Assembly: GCA_964016885.1 (NCBI GenBank) | Contig: OZ024742.1 | Coordinates: 304,420,001 to 304,484,000, forward strand | Source: Eledone cirrhosa | Taxonomy: Eukaryota | DNA length: 64,000 bases | Direction of reading: 5' to 3' | Shown: positions 30,603 through 46,930 of the stretch, one piece after another | How the letters are laid out: each line of letters starts with the position of its first letter | Position numbering within the stretch: position 1 is the stretch's first letter | Notes under the pieces: model-generated | Seen by the model: only the letters and a program-made list of their open reading frames with translations | The model's database searches: none | What the model was told of the DNA's origin: nothing | Translations under genes and position numbers: made by a program

Positions 30603-31086
30603 TTATATATATACAAACCCATGTATAAGATCCCGTTAAGGGTGGTACATTACATATCAAGTTAATATAATAATGATTAGTGATCTCGAATGTATAAATG
30701 TTGTGCCCTTCTTGCAATGTTTGCATGTAATTCATTGCAGGAATTCATTTGTTTATTTACACACAGACACACACACAGAGAGAGAGACGCGGGGATGGCT
30801 GGGAATGTTAAAAGAGTAAAAGAGTAATATACGTAGAGGGTGTCCTCCCAAATAATTATACACACTTTGATTACTTTTACAGGCAATTTTTATTAGAATG
30901 CTGCTGAGGTGTGTATACATTTTAGGGGACACCTTATATGTGTATATATATATATAATGATAATTCTGAAACGAAGTTATCGGATAAGACGAATATACCT
31001 TCGATCTTATACTCATTCACTCAATGCTTCGTTTAAACCAGTATTCACACTAGGATACCACCCATACACACGCACATACATACATA

Positions 31087-31208
<122 letters not shown>

Positions 31209-31436
31209 TGTATATGTATACATATATAAATAAATGTATACTTAGGGTAGTAGAGTGGGTAATAGGAGAAAGTATGACCCCGACGGCAGAGCTCAAGCCG
31301 TTTCGACGGGTATTTCTGGACTAAGTCATACTTTCTCCTATGTATACATATATATACATATATAAATATATATGTATACACATATATGTATGTATTTATA
31401 CATATATATATATATATATGTATACATATATATATA

Positions 31437-31640
<204 letters not shown>

Positions 31641-32225
31641 AAGTATGTATTTATATATATATGTATTTATATATGTGGACGTACGCTTATATATGCGTTC
31701 TACAGAGGAAGTAGTATACATATTATTTCGTGCTTAGGAATATGTGTGTGTGGGGGAGGGGGATAGTTTTACCAATTTTGTAGACGAATGAGAATGTCTC
31801 GATTAATGAGCAAAGCCTGGGGAAGGTAGGAGTGTGGGTAAAAAAATATATAAACTGAATATGAGCAGAAAGAAGTGGGGAGGGGTTGAAGAGCGGGAAT
31901 GAGAGAATATATAATCCTAGGGAATACACACACACACACATATATATATATACATATATATAGATATATATAGATATATATATAGATATATATATATAAA
32001 TACATATATATATATATATACATATATTTATATACAGATATATATATTTATACATACATATATATATATACATATATATAGATATACATATATATATATA
32101 CATATATATATACATATATATATATACATATATATATATTCATACATACATATATATATATATACATATATATATACATATATATATATACATATATATA
32201 TACATATGTATATATTCATACATAC

Positions 32226-32288
<63 letters not shown>

Positions 32289-32304
32289 CATACATATATA
32301 TATG

Positions 32305-32359
<55 letters not shown>

Positions 32360-32958
32360 ATAATAATAAATTTGAAGACTAAAATCCAAAGATAAGGCTC
32401 GATAAGGATAAATATATATCAGATATATAAGAACCGTAGTTCTTAATATATATATATATATTAGAGAGGGAGAGAGAGAGAGAAAGAGGCGGGGGATTGT
32501 GTATGTGTGTGTGTGTTCGAGTCAAAGTATATAAAAGTGTGTGATGGGGGATTATTGTGAGAGATAGGAACAGAAAAAGATAGAATCCGAAACAGCCAGG
32601 GATTCAGAGGGATGCGATGAAATATGTAATTATTGCGGCGTGTGTGCGCTAGAGTTACGTAAAGAGAGAGTAAGAGTTGAAGAAAGACTAGAAGAGTTGA
32701 ATGGAAAGAGTAAGTCTTTAAGGAAGAAAGTAAGAATAAAAGAATTATATAGAAAAGAGACGAAGATAAATAAGAGAAAGCTGTAGGAATGAGATTATTT
32801 CTACGTGTTTGTGTTAAATGTTGGAAGAGTTTGAAATAACTGAAATAATACTTGAAATATAGGCTCAAAGAAGGAGATGGGGGGGGGGGAGGGGAATTTT
32901 TGTGTGTTCATGTATGTGTGTTCGAGAGAGATACAGGTAGATAGATAGATAGATAGAA

Positions 32959-32997
<39 letters not shown>

Positions 32998-33970
32998 GTA
33001 TGAGAGTGTATGTAAGAGAGAGTTAAATGGGAAAGAATGAGAAAAGGTGTGCATGTAGATGAATTTGTGTGAGCGTAATTAAACATAGAGTACGTTAAAT
33101 AGAGCGATTCTTGCTAAAGTGCTAAGAAAATGAAAGCATACACGGGGAGGGACACATGAATGTATAAAACAACAGACAGAAAATGGTAGCAGGACAAACA
33201 AACCTGGATATTCTACCATAAAATCCCAGATAAAAATGACAAAGAAACCGAAAGTCAGACGTAAAGAGAGAGAGAGAATGAGAGAGAGATAGGGGGGGGG
33301 GGGTAGATAGATTAAGAGGATGACAAAGGTAGAGTGTGGGGACGAGAAGAGAAATATGTGAAGTGATGTGGGTTAGTGATGAAAGGAAATAGGAAAAGAG
33401 AACTAGTTAGTAAATTCAATGTAGTAGGTGGACTTTATAGACTTGTATGCATGCTTCCACTCAGGTGCGGGTGTGCAACCACAAATATATTTACGGGTGT
33501 TCCTTGTTCGTTTATTTGTTTTTTTTATACTTTTCTTCCATTCAAACACCTCCTTAGGAACTAAGGCTTAGTAACTGAAAAAAAAGATAAATTTGATAAA
33601 ATATAGAAATACTAGCCTTAGTTTGTACCAGCAATCAGCAAAAAAAAAAAAGAAAAAAAAAAGAAGAAAAACATACACCCAGTATTTGGTTAGTGGTTAT
33701 TTTATAGACTTTCGGAAACGAAATGCCACGCCGGTCCCTTGTGAGATTTGAACGCGAAACGGAAAGGAACGCAACACCGAGAGACATTTTATGGGGTTTG
33801 TGCAGTCGAGTAAATATACTCCTGTATTTGACTGCTACTTCATTTTATCGAACTCCAGAGGATGAACGGCATGTTTAAACTTAGTTGGTTTTGAAATCCG
33901 AATAGAAGCCTTGTAGCTGAATCCCACAAACTATTTTCTCCGGCGAGCTAACAATCCTGTCATTCATATA

Positions 33971-34135
33971 ATAATTGTTTCTACTTTTGGCACAAGGCCA
34001 GCAATTACCCAGTGCATTACTGGTACTTTATTTTATCCACCCCGTAAGGGTGAAAGGCAAAGTTAACCTCGGCGGGATTTGAACTCAGAATAGCAAGGGC
34101 CGTAACTCTATGCTGTCCGACCCTCTACCGATACT
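33971..34135 (-). mobile_element. SINE family A copy
   Basis: Consensus match on the minus strand. Additional partial minus copies at 28050-28324, 28810-28910, 35080-35480, 37248-37365 and 39541-39652. Confidence 0.8.
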
Positions 34136-34484
34136 TAATAATGGTTCCTAACAGCGCTAAGAGGTTTTTGGCAGGCAGTTGCAGTCGGTTAATTCGTATC
34201 AGTAATTAAGAAAGATTAAAGGCGGTCTAGCAGTTTTTAAATTCAGAATATACAGAATATGAAGGAGCACAAGTTCGTCTGACCGACGCTCTGAAGATTC
34301 TATAAATCCATACTCCTAACCTCAACACTAGGAATGATTTCAACTGGTACTCGAAGGGTTTGTAGAGTAACGTTACTCGATAAAGTGCGTAGCTTAGAGA
34401 TCAGAAAGTCACTCAAGATAGAGCCACTACTTCTCTGAATTATGAAATTAAAGCTCCGATATTAAGGGCATGTGGTTAGAATGT

Positions 34485-34720
34485 CTCAGGAAAGAATCGC
34501 TGGACAGGTTTTACGGGCAAAACCCAACGACAGGAGACCCACGAGTAGATCCTAAGCAAGATGCTCGGATAACATCCAATAACTCGGCTAGTCTCGCTAA
34601 AGGATCCAGCCGGATGTATTGGAAAAAGGTGCTTCTGAGAGGACCCGCTGGAAGGAGGCTTCATGAGGACGCTTCCCCCATGACACTCTTAGGAATAAGT
34701 AGACAAAGAAGAGGACATAG
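34485..34720 (+). mobile_element. Diverged RTE-like 3' fragment
   Basis: Aligns by eye with 10334-10535 (aaagaa.cgctg.acag.ttttacg; ggataacatcca; gctagtctcgct; gaggac.ct.cccc) and has a decayed AAG tail. Confidence 0.6.
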
Positions 34721-35534
34721 AAAAGAAGAAGGCTTTGATGGGATTTGGCTGCTGTTCCTTTCTAGCAAGACGAAGGACCACGTAAAAACTCTATCGTATA
34801 TTATGTGAGGCATCAATTATTTTTTCTAATTGCCAACCAACTCAAAATAATGGTTTCTAATTTAAACATGAGCTTAACATTTACGGGGAAGTGTGAACAG
34901 TTGTTAAATCGGCCCGGTACATAACTGGTGCGTTATTTTCTCGTTCATTTGAGTAAGAAAAAAAAATTAATAATAATTTTTACGTGAGCGGTATTTGAAC
35001 TAAACTGGTAAACAGTCAGAACAAATAGCACTCGAAAGATCTGGCAGTCGATTGTATATCCACTAAAATAATTCACAATGATTTCTAAATTATGAACAAG
35101 GCCAGTAATTTGGGAAGAGAGGAAAGGTCAATTAAAACGATTCCTGTACTTGACAGGCATCTTATTTCTTCGATCCAGTAAGGATGAAAGGCAAAGTTGA
35201 CGGGATTTAAACAGAACTAATGACGGAAAGCGTCTTGTCCGACACTCTACCGATTCTGCGAATCCACATCCCTTCCAAAATATTTAATAAATAATAATAA
35301 TTGTTTCTATTTTAGGCACAAGGCCAGCAAATTACCCAGTACATTACTGGTACTTTATTTTATCGACCCCGTAAGGATGAAAGGCAAAGTTAACCTCGGC
35401 AATGGTTTCTGATTTAGTCACAAGGCCAACAATGTTGAGGGATGGGAAAGTCGATTAAATCGACTCCAGTGCATTGGTGGTACTGAGTTTCAATTATTTT
35501 GCAGTAGTTTAGTGATACATATTTTACATCACAA

Positions 35535-35616
<82 letters not shown>

Positions 35617-35644
35617 TTCTCTCTCTCTCTGTTTCTCTCTCTCT

Positions 35645-35736
<92 letters not shown>

Positions 35737-36202
35737 CCAAGTTTACTATGAAAATGATCGCCAATTCCTCCCTAACAGATATAGCATTACATTACATTAC
35801 ATAATTACTAGGATTTATATGATCCCTAAATGAAGGAGATGCTCTCAGCATAGCCACAGTCTATTGGCCAAAACAAGTGAAATAATATAGTGAATGTACA
35901 CGTGTTCTGAGAATGTATACACAAGCATCGCAACAAATATTATATACATAAAGACACACATAAATGTGTGTGTATGCATATATATACAAATGTGTGGCAA
36001 ATAGATGTCGGTGTATTTTAGTTGTCCGATCAACCAAACTTCTCAATCCTTAATATACAACAGGCATTAACACAGTCACTCTCACTTCCAATTACAAATG
36101 TTGGGTCGTCGAAACTTAGCCGTGATCTCCCCACACCGGAACAAAGCTGAGATCATACGCCGGCGACCTTCAGTATGAGGTTTTAGTGGGAATGCCCGAT
36201 CC

Positions 36203-36233
<31 letters not shown>

Positions 36234-36422
36234 GAATGAAAAATGGCGTGCTGCGTTGTTGCGAATATGAACATGTGAATGAAAATAGACCGAGAAACAG
36301 GAATGTCCATCATCAGTAGTCTGCTGATTATCATTGGTATTTCTTCGCATTAAAGACATATTTATGTTTGTGTGTGTGTGCGTGTACATATATATATATA
36401 TATATATATCTGTGTGCGCGTG

Positions 36423-36514
<92 letters not shown>

Positions 36515-37839
36515 CATATACATATATACACGATGGACTCTGACGTAGAGCCCGATGATGAGATTCTAGTTTTAAGAGCAAATAAACTACATACATAGTA
36601 AATTGTTGTGCTCCGTGGCCAAGAATCGGCTTGTCAGTTACAGTCCATCTGATGGGTTTACACACTGTTACCATAGAACTACCAGAGGATATGGCAAGTA
36701 ACAACTCCTCAAGATGCCACATAGTGGGACCGAGCCCGGGAATTGATTATTGCAAATCGAAATTTGTAACCAATCTGCACACATATGTGTGCATCTATGT
36801 ATGTATGTGTTTATGTGTGTAAGTAGGCATGTATGTGTTTATGTGGGTAAGTATATATGTATGTATGTTTTTATGTGTGTATGTAGGTATGTATGTATGA
36901 GATGGGACGGCGAAATAGTGCAGTCGTTATACAGTCGGATCGATTGTTTTACACTATTCGATCCGGATCTCTACGCGCTCAGTTCAAATTACACCGTGGC
37001 TAACTTTGTCTTTCCTCCTTTCGAGGTCTTTAATTATTGTACCTGTCTAATCCTCAGGTCGATTCTTATTCTAACTTTCTTACCCACATCCTTCCTCTCT
37101 GCGGGAGAATTCGACATTGATGAAACATATAGGAGAGTGAGGCCCAGCAGCAACCATGCCTGGCAGATATGTATGTTTATGTATGCGTGTTTGATTGCAT
37201 ATGAAACGTGATAGCCGTCGTTCCCAACTAGGGTTCGACTAAGTTAAGAATTGTTTCTACTTTTGGCACAAGGCCAGCAATTATCCAGGTACATTACTGA
37301 TACTTTCTTTTATCGACCCCATAAGGATGAAAGGCAAAGTGAACCTCGGCGGGATTTGAACTCAGCCTGAAGGTCTCGCATCAAATTTTAAAATGTGAAA
37401 TATTTATTAAAAATATAATACCAACAGGCAATTCGATATCTTCATCCGGTTACACATTTCCCTCTTTCGGTTGTTATTCTAACCGTATAAGGACCAATCT
37501 ACTAGATGAGTAATAGTAATTCGTGTGCGAAGGCCCGCGACAAAAATTATCTAAATGGGCCCTTCAAAGATAAATAGTTGAAAATAAATGCTTTATACGG
37601 ATGGAAAGATGCATGATTGTGATGATTCTGTACACAGACGAAACTGACAATTGAAGTATGACACAACCCTCACATAGGCCCGCTGCTTATTACATAAGCA
37701 CCGAAGTGTATGAGAAAAATTGCGTGTGCACAGGTATGTTTTAGGTATATTCGAAGGCTAAGCTGATACTTGCAGGTTTGTAGCATATATATATATATAT
37801 ACTTATATATATATATATATATACTTATATATATATATA

Positions 37840-37924
<85 letters not shown>

Positions 37925-37993
37925 AAAAAGAGATGAAATCGAAAATGCAACTGGAGTCTTATTTTTTTTTTAAATATATATATTTATTTGGTT

Positions 37994-38031
37994 CCTTTAC
38001 CGGTTTCGCAGTTCTTCTGCTTTTCAAAAGG
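37994..38031 (-). ncRNA. Minimal type I hammerhead ribozyme, U3-A8 core variant
   Basis: Reverse complement reads the same 38-nt motif as 48445-48482. Confidence 0.72.
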
Positions 38032-38076
38032 TGAGTCGAGATGTGAGAAAAGCCACAGACCCTCCATCTCAACTCA

Positions 38077-38114
38077 CCTTTTGAAAAGCAGAAGAACTGT
38101 GAAACCGGTAAAGG
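38077..38114 (+). ncRNA. Minimal type I hammerhead ribozyme, U3-A8 variant with G-U at base of helix II
   Basis: CCTT-TTGAAAA-GCAG-aagaa-CTGT-GAAA-CCGG-TA-AAGG. Confidence 0.65.
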
Positions 38115-38429
38115 AACTAAATAAATATATATATATTTTTTTTAAATAAGACTCCAGTTGCATTTTCGATTTCATCTCTTTTTCTTTATACTTTCACTCG
38201 TGTAGGACACCTCGGTTATTTTTCAATTTGTAAAAAAAAACCTCACTTTCTAATATATATATATATACATACATATTTATATGTATGTATATATATGTAC
38301 TATATATATACATACTATATATATATATACATATATATATACATACATAGATACATAAATATACACACACACATATATATGCATGTATATATATATATGT
38401 ATATATATATGCATATTTTTATATATATT

Positions 38430-38470
<41 letters not shown>

Positions 38471-38648
38471 AATTTAAGAATATTACATATAGGGCCCACA
38501 ATATTGAAACTGCAATGTGTATTTACAGTCTACAATATGAAAGATATAAACACTGGAAATGAAACCCTTTTAATACATTAAATGATTTATTAATAATAAA
38601 CCTTAACTGATTAATACATACATACATATGTATCTATCTATCTATCTA

Positions 38649-38694
<46 letters not shown>

Positions 38695-38972
38695 GATACA
38701 TATATATATAATTATATACATATATATAAATACATATATATATATAGATAGATAGATAGATAGATACATATGTATGTATGTATTAATCAGTTAAGGTTTA
38801 TTATTAATAAATCATTTAATGTATTAAAAGTGTTTCATTTCCAGTGTTTATATCTTTCATATTGTAGACTGTAAATACACATTGCAGTTTCAATATTGTG
38901 GGCCCTATATGTAATATTCTTAAATTACACACACACACACATACACACACACACACATACACACACACTCAC

Positions 38973-39048
<76 letters not shown>

Positions 39049-39360
39049 TTTATGCATTTGTGTGTGTGTTAGTGTATGCATATGTAAATATATATATACA
39101 TACATATATGTGTGCGTGTGTGTATATATATATATATATATATGTGAAAAATATGGGGTGAAGAATACTGCATGGTTGCACATGGATAACATGTTATAAA
39201 ATGAGTCCCTCATCAGTGATTTTCCAACGGTCATTGGTATTTCATTGCATTAAAAATCATATACCTCACGTTGGTGCAATAATAACTAAAATAAGTTATT
39301 AGGACAATTAAAACGCGTAAAGCGAGTGAGACAAGTAAACAACAGAGAGGAAAGCTAACC

Positions 39361-39453
<93 letters not shown>

Positions 39454-39697
39454 CAATACGAAACGTTGCAACAAGTTTGATATTTGAGAATATGGCGTCC
39501 CAAACGCAGAGGATTACTATATTAACACTCGTTTCATATGAATAATTGTTTCTACTTTTGGCACAAGGCCAGCAAATATCTCAGTACATTACTGGTACTT
39601 TATTTCATCGACCCCGTAAGGATGAAAGGCAAAGTTAAACTCGGCGCGATTTGGGAAGGGAAAGACGTTTAAATCGTGTGTGTGTGAGTGTGTGTGT

Positions 39698-40062
39698 GTA
39701 TTGAACAATGAAAATAAAACAAAATCGATATGTTCTTAATTAATTTCTTGTATTACGATCGTTTCAGAGGGTTTATCGATCATGCTAAGTCGATATATTG
39801 ACAAGTAATTAATGATTATGTTAACACCTATTTCTAATCTCGATATCCTAGATCCACCAGAACGCCTTCCCCAGAATCACAGTGAGGAAAATGATGAGAT
39901 GTATCTAGGATAACGAGTCTATGATTTTATGGCGACATAAACACTATCTATTAAACAATATATCGATTTACTATGATCAATCAACCCTCTGAAACGGTCG
40001 GAAAACAATGACCTAATTAAAAACATACCTGCGACTTTTGTTCTATTTTTATTGTTCAATAC
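39698..40062. mobile_element. Diverged fold-back / MITE-like element
   Basis: Imperfect ~155-bp arms: gtattgaacaat / attgttcaatac, cgtttcagagggtt / aaccctctgaaacg, tatcctagat / atctaggata. Confidence 0.6.
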
Positions 40063-40425
40063 AGATTTATATATACAGGACACTGTATGTCGTGTAGTGT
40101 CTTCGATGGAAGCTTATGCGATGAGAAATAACTAGAGAAACTATAGCTTACACTATATGATCACTTTGAAATCCTCTCTTCAAGACTGCATTGAGTTCTA
40201 AAAACATTACCGGCCCCACAACAAAGAATGTATATATATATATATATACAATATATTAATAAATGGAAACTATATTTATAAAACCATATTTATTTTATTA
40301 TATATATTTAAAGGGCAACGAAGGCAAATTATGGTGCGCTTTCATCAAATAAAATACAAATTTGTTTTATAAATAAATATTTACATACCCGGAAAAAAAG
40401 ACAACCTTAACGGTTGGAGCTTCCT

Positions 40426-40508
<83 letters not shown>

Positions 40509-40536
40509 AATATATATATAAGCAGTTCAATTTTTC

Positions 40537-40582
<46 letters not shown>

Positions 40583-41094
40583 GATAAATATATATAAAAT
40601 ATGTAAGAACCCCAGAGCAAATATTTATTAAAATAACAGATTAACATTTCAGCAAAGGATCCCTGCTTTCACCCTTAACGGGATTTTCTGAAACTATATA
40701 TATGTTTATCTATATGGATTTATATATATATATATATATAAATATATATATATAAATATGTATATATAAATATATATATATATATGTATGTGTATGTGTG
40801 TGTGTCTCTCTCTCTATGTATGTAGGTATGCATTAAAAATATATGTATAAATATAGGTAATTTTATAAATCTGTATATCCACACATACATACATCAAGAC
40901 AGACCCGAATAGTTAAGCAGGTTTAGTCATGCCAATTGTAAGATCCATATTGTTTCTTTAAACCATATTTTTTTAAACTATTCAGATCGTTGATGTAAAT
41001 TATTTGGGTACAAGTATGTGTCACATAATTATATAGACAAGTATATACAGCTTGTGTGACTACAAACTGAAGTGGTAGGGGTCGTTACATGTCT

Positions 41095-41161
<67 letters not shown>

Positions 41162-41399
41162 TATACATACATACAAATATATATATTTATATGTATTTAT
41201 ATATATATATATATATATACATATATTATATATATATAAGGAGACATTCAACGACCCCTATCACTTCAGCTTTTATGTTATGTGTATATGATACACTGGT
41301 TCTGAATGAAGGGTTCTAACTTTATTCCTTTTGCTTTATTTGTTTTGCTTTAGGATAATTATTTATATATATATATATTTATATATATATATATATGTA

Positions 41400-41579
<180 letters not shown>

Positions 41580-41582
41580 TAC

Positions 41583-41647
<65 letters not shown>

Positions 41648-41655
<8 letters not shown>

Positions 41656-42037
41656 CCGAGGTGTCCTTCACGAGTGAAAGTATAAAGTTACAAAGATGAA
41701 ATCGAAAATTCAACTGGAGTCTTATTTTTAAAAAGATATATATATTTATTTGGTTCCTTTACCGGTTTCGCAGTTCTTCTGCTTTTCGAAAGTAGAGTTG
41801 AGATGGAGGGTCTGTGGTTTTTCTCACATGTGAGATGTGAGAAAAACCACAGACCCTCCATCTCAACTCTACTTTTGAAAAGCAGAAGAACTGCGAAACC
41901 GGTAAAGGAACCAAATAAATATATATATCTTTTTAAAAATAAGACTCCAGTTGCATTTTCGATTTCATCTTTTTTACTTTATACTTTCACTCTTGTAGGA
42001 CACCTCGGTTATTTTTCAGTTGTAAAAAAAACCTCAC

Positions 42038-42043
<6 letters not shown>
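41648..42043 (+). mobile_element. Fold-back element family 1, copy B
   Basis: Inverted arm 41648-41829 and sense unit 41835-42043, embedded in (TA)n. Confidence 0.8.
41872..41907 (+). ncRNA. Minimal type I hammerhead ribozyme, U3-A8 variant (3-bp helix I)
   Basis: CTT-TTGAAAA-GCAG-aagaa-CTGC-GAAA-CCGG-TA-AAG. The minus-strand partner at 41757-41792 has TCGAAAA (U4C) and is probably inactive. Confidence 0.6.
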
Positions 42044-42089
<46 letters not shown>

Positions 42090-42151
42090 CGATAGAAATA
42101 TGAATATATATATATATATATATATACATACATACACACATATATATACAT

Positions 42152-42230
<79 letters not shown>

Positions 42231-42435
42231 GGTGTGTGTGTGTATATGTATATATATAAAATTATCCTAAAGCGAAACAACCAAATCGAATAAAGTTAAA
42301 ACCCTTCCATCAGATCCAGTGTACCATATACACATAACCTTGGCGATACAAGTCAACAGCCTGCAGCCGACAATGTAGGTGATACCTATATATATTTCAG
42401 TCTGCTCTTATGTATGTATGTGCGTTTATATATAA

Positions 42436-42468
<33 letters not shown>

Positions 42469-42498
42469 AATATATATGTGTGTGTTTGTGTGTGTATG

Positions 42499-42529
<31 letters not shown>

Positions 42530-42567
42530 ATGTATACTGCCTCTCTGTTTTGTTCCCGTTCCATTTT

Positions 42568-42618
<51 letters not shown>

Positions 42619-42729
42619 TCATACACACTCACATATATATATATACATATGTATAACAGAGTTATATAGAAATAGAAATATAAACACATACAAAGGCACA
42701 CACACACGCGCGCGCGCGCGCGCAGACAC

Positions 42730-42760
<31 letters not shown>

Positions 42761-42821
42761 GAAACACACAGAGAAACACACACACAGACGCACACACACA
42801 CATATATATAAATATATATAT

Positions 42822-42867
<46 letters not shown>

Positions 42868-42894
42868 ATATATATATATATATATTTATATATA

Positions 42895-42949
<55 letters not shown>

Positions 42950-43112
42950 TTATATTATTACTATATATATATATATATAAGTATATATATATATGTATAT
43001 ATATATATGTATACAAATATATATATATATATATATAAATATAAATATATTACATATATATATTTATATGTATATAAATATATATAAATATATTACAAAT
43101 ATATATTTATAT

Positions 43113-43177
<65 letters not shown>

Positions 43178-43498
43178 CATATATATATATATCTTTATAC
43201 ATTTATATATTCACATACATACACACATATATATATATATACGTGTGTGGCACTTACAAATATGCATACATACACACACATACACTCATATATATATATA
43301 CATAAATATATGTTGGGGGGGGGGGGGCGATGTACAAATATGCATACATACACACACACACTCATATATATATATATATATATGAGTGTGTGAGTGTAAG
43401 TATGCATATTTGTAAATGCCCTCCCCCCCCCCCACATATATTTATGTATATATATATATGAGTGTGTGTGTATGTATGCATAATTCACTGTGTTTAAG

Positions 43499-43540
<42 letters not shown>

Positions 43541-44084
43541 AACACTTAAACACAGTGAAAGAAACGAAATCCCATCAAAATATGGGCGTGTCTTTATAAG
43601 TAATAAGATGTGTTCAACGACGAGCTGTTTCGGATGATTTCCCCTGTTTGTTGCTTTTTAGATATCGCTACAGGTGGTGGTTGAACAACACAGCTTTTGA
43701 CAATCGGACCTTTGGAGTGTTATTCCTCTATTCTACATTATGTTTAAGTTGATACAACCCTCCCCCCTTTTTTTTTACACGAACGTGTGGCTTCTTATGC
43801 TCGTCACATGATCGTCCATGTGTTTAATTTTTGATTATGGGGTATGTTCTTATGTCAGCCCTTTATTTCATCATGCTCTTGTCCAGACCGCAAAAATATA
43901 TAGTTGTAACCACCTGAAAAAAATATTTATTCGGTATCTGTTATTCAAAGGCCGAGACTTTACTCAAATTGGGTCATGCTGAATCTCCCTTAGAACTACG
44001 ACTATAGAATGCACATCTACATTAATTTCCGTTCATGGAATTAACTGGAGTAAAACGCAACTTTGGAAAGGTTGGATGTCTAAC

Positions 44085-44174
<90 letters not shown>

Positions 44175-44255
44175 CCACACACACATACACATACACACAC
44201 ACTCACACACACACGCATATACCCACAAAAGCTGTTATTTTTCAATTAAGGCTTA

Positions 44256-44450
44256 ATAATTATTTCTACTTTTAGCACAAGGTCAGCAATTATCCCAGTG
44301 CATATCTGGTACTTTATTTTATCGACCCCCGTAAGGATGAAAGGCAAAGTTAACATCGGGGGGATTTGAATTCAGATCATAAAGGGACGTAACTCTATGC
44401 TGGAAAGCATGGCGTCCGACCCTCTATCGATACTGCCAATCCACCGCCCT
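44256..44450 (-). mobile_element. tRNA-derived SINE family A, full-length copy
   Basis: Reverse complement has A box TGGCAGTATCG, B box GAATTCAAATCC, core TTTGCCTTTCATCCTTACGGGGTCGATAAAATAAAGTACCAG, and an AGTAGAAA/ATT tail. Confidence 0.85.
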
Positions 44451-45249
44451 TATTAAGGTTTAATAATATTGTTTATTATCATTAATAGTTTTTTGAATCA
44501 GGAATAAGTCCACACATTTTGTGAATGTGTATAATTGATTAATTCGAACCGAGTATTTGATATGTAATTATTTTAACACCCACAAGAGTATGAATAGCAA
44601 AGTTTAACTGGATAATAATATTAATTATTCTTTCAATCAGAAGAGACTTGCATTGGCAGAAACCATAAATCAACGTGCATGGGTTAGACGAGTTATCCTG
44701 TAGTGAGCAATGCCAGGTAAGGTGACCATGTCTTGCACATACAGAACCGATTTTGGCCTGGTTTCTACAGCTGAGTGACTTTCCTAGCGCCAACCTCATT
44801 TACAGTGAGTACTGGGTATTTTTTGTCGTGACCCCTACACAACCGCTTTACAGTGAGGACTGGGTGCTTTTTACGGTGACACCTACACGACCAATTTACT
44901 TAGGCCCCAGATGCTCTGATTATAAACCTGTATCTCGGAATATTCTGACTTTTTCGGAAACATTTTTTCACGCTCAGAGTTGTTCAAGCATGGCACAAAC
45001 TACCTGCATCACTTGTTAGCTATCGGAACACTGCATCCTTCAAAACTTCCATGTTTCCAGAAATTCGTCAACACTACACCTGATATTCCCCCTCAATTCA
45101 GACGCACGCATGTGCCTGTGTGAATATCATGACTCTTACACTGTTCACTTTCCTGACTTTTGTAAATTATTCTATGTGCTATACATGCACATTTGATATG
45201 TTGTGCACCTCAGCACTGAACACAATAATTTTCATTATTATTATCATTT

Positions 45250-45432
45250 AGGGCGGTGGATTGGCAGTATCGGTAGAGAGTCGGACAACATGCTTTGCAG
45301 CATAGAGTTACTGCCCTTTATGATGTGAGGTCAAATCCCGCCGAGGTTAACTTTGCCTTTTATCCTTACGGGGTCGATAAAATCAAGCACTGGGTAATTG
45401 CTTGCCTTCTGCCAAAAGTAGAAACAATTATT
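45250..45432 (+). mobile_element. SINE family A, full-length copy
   Basis: gggcggtggattggcagtatcggtagag...tcaaatcccgccgaggttaactttgcctt...gtagaaacaattatta. Confidence 0.85.
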
Positions 45433-45788
45433 ATCATTTAATTACCGCAGTTTATTTCTAGTTTCCAACTACTTGGCGTGGATAGAATAAAGAAACAATC
45501 TAGTAATTAGTACAATAAAATTGAATATTCCATTCCATTAAATTTGATGCCTTGAGACTGCATGATAACATTATTTCAATCGCAAATATTATTTGTTCTA
45601 TCGGCGTGTTAAATATAGCAGCAAAATGTCACATAAATACAACCATACCGGCTTGAGTAAGGAAAGAGATGCTGGATCGTGCAATCTTCCATATTCCGGA
45701 GAGTTTAGACTTTATGTAGAGTTAGTGCTCATGGATTATAAATGCACTCAGAGGCAGCATACATTGATAAGATTTATGCACTTAGCTT

Positions 45789-45980
45789 AATAATTGTTTC
45801 TACTTTTGGCACAAAGCCAGCAATTACTCAGTATATTACTGGTACTTTATTCTATCGACCCCTTCAGGATGAAAGGAAAAGTTAACCTCGACGGTAGTTG
45901 AACTCAGACCGTAATAGGGCGTAACTATGCTAGAGTGCATGACGTCCAGCCCTCTACCGATATTGCCAAATCACCGCCCT
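45789..45980 (-). mobile_element. SINE family A, full-length copy
   Basis: Reverse complement of the 45250 consensus. Confidence 0.85.
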
Positions 45981-46028
45981 TAGCTTAATAATAGCTTTCC
46001 CACATGGTTACCACATGGCCTATTGACT

Positions 46029-46928
<900 letters not shown>

Positions 46929-46930
46929 TT

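Larger units (their letters stand above)
37921..38252 (+). mobile_element. Fold-back element family 1, copy A (Penelope-like non-autonomous unit with inverted partial copy; two U3-A8 hammerhead motifs)
   Basis: Inverted arm 37921-38043 and sense unit 38041-38252, with (TA)n on both sides. Near-identical to the copies at 41648 and 48282. Confidence 0.8.

Noticed and set aside
45250-45345. tRNA gene candidates (A and B boxes)
   Set aside because: SINE heads: no cloverleaf or acceptor stem, and always followed by the SINE body.
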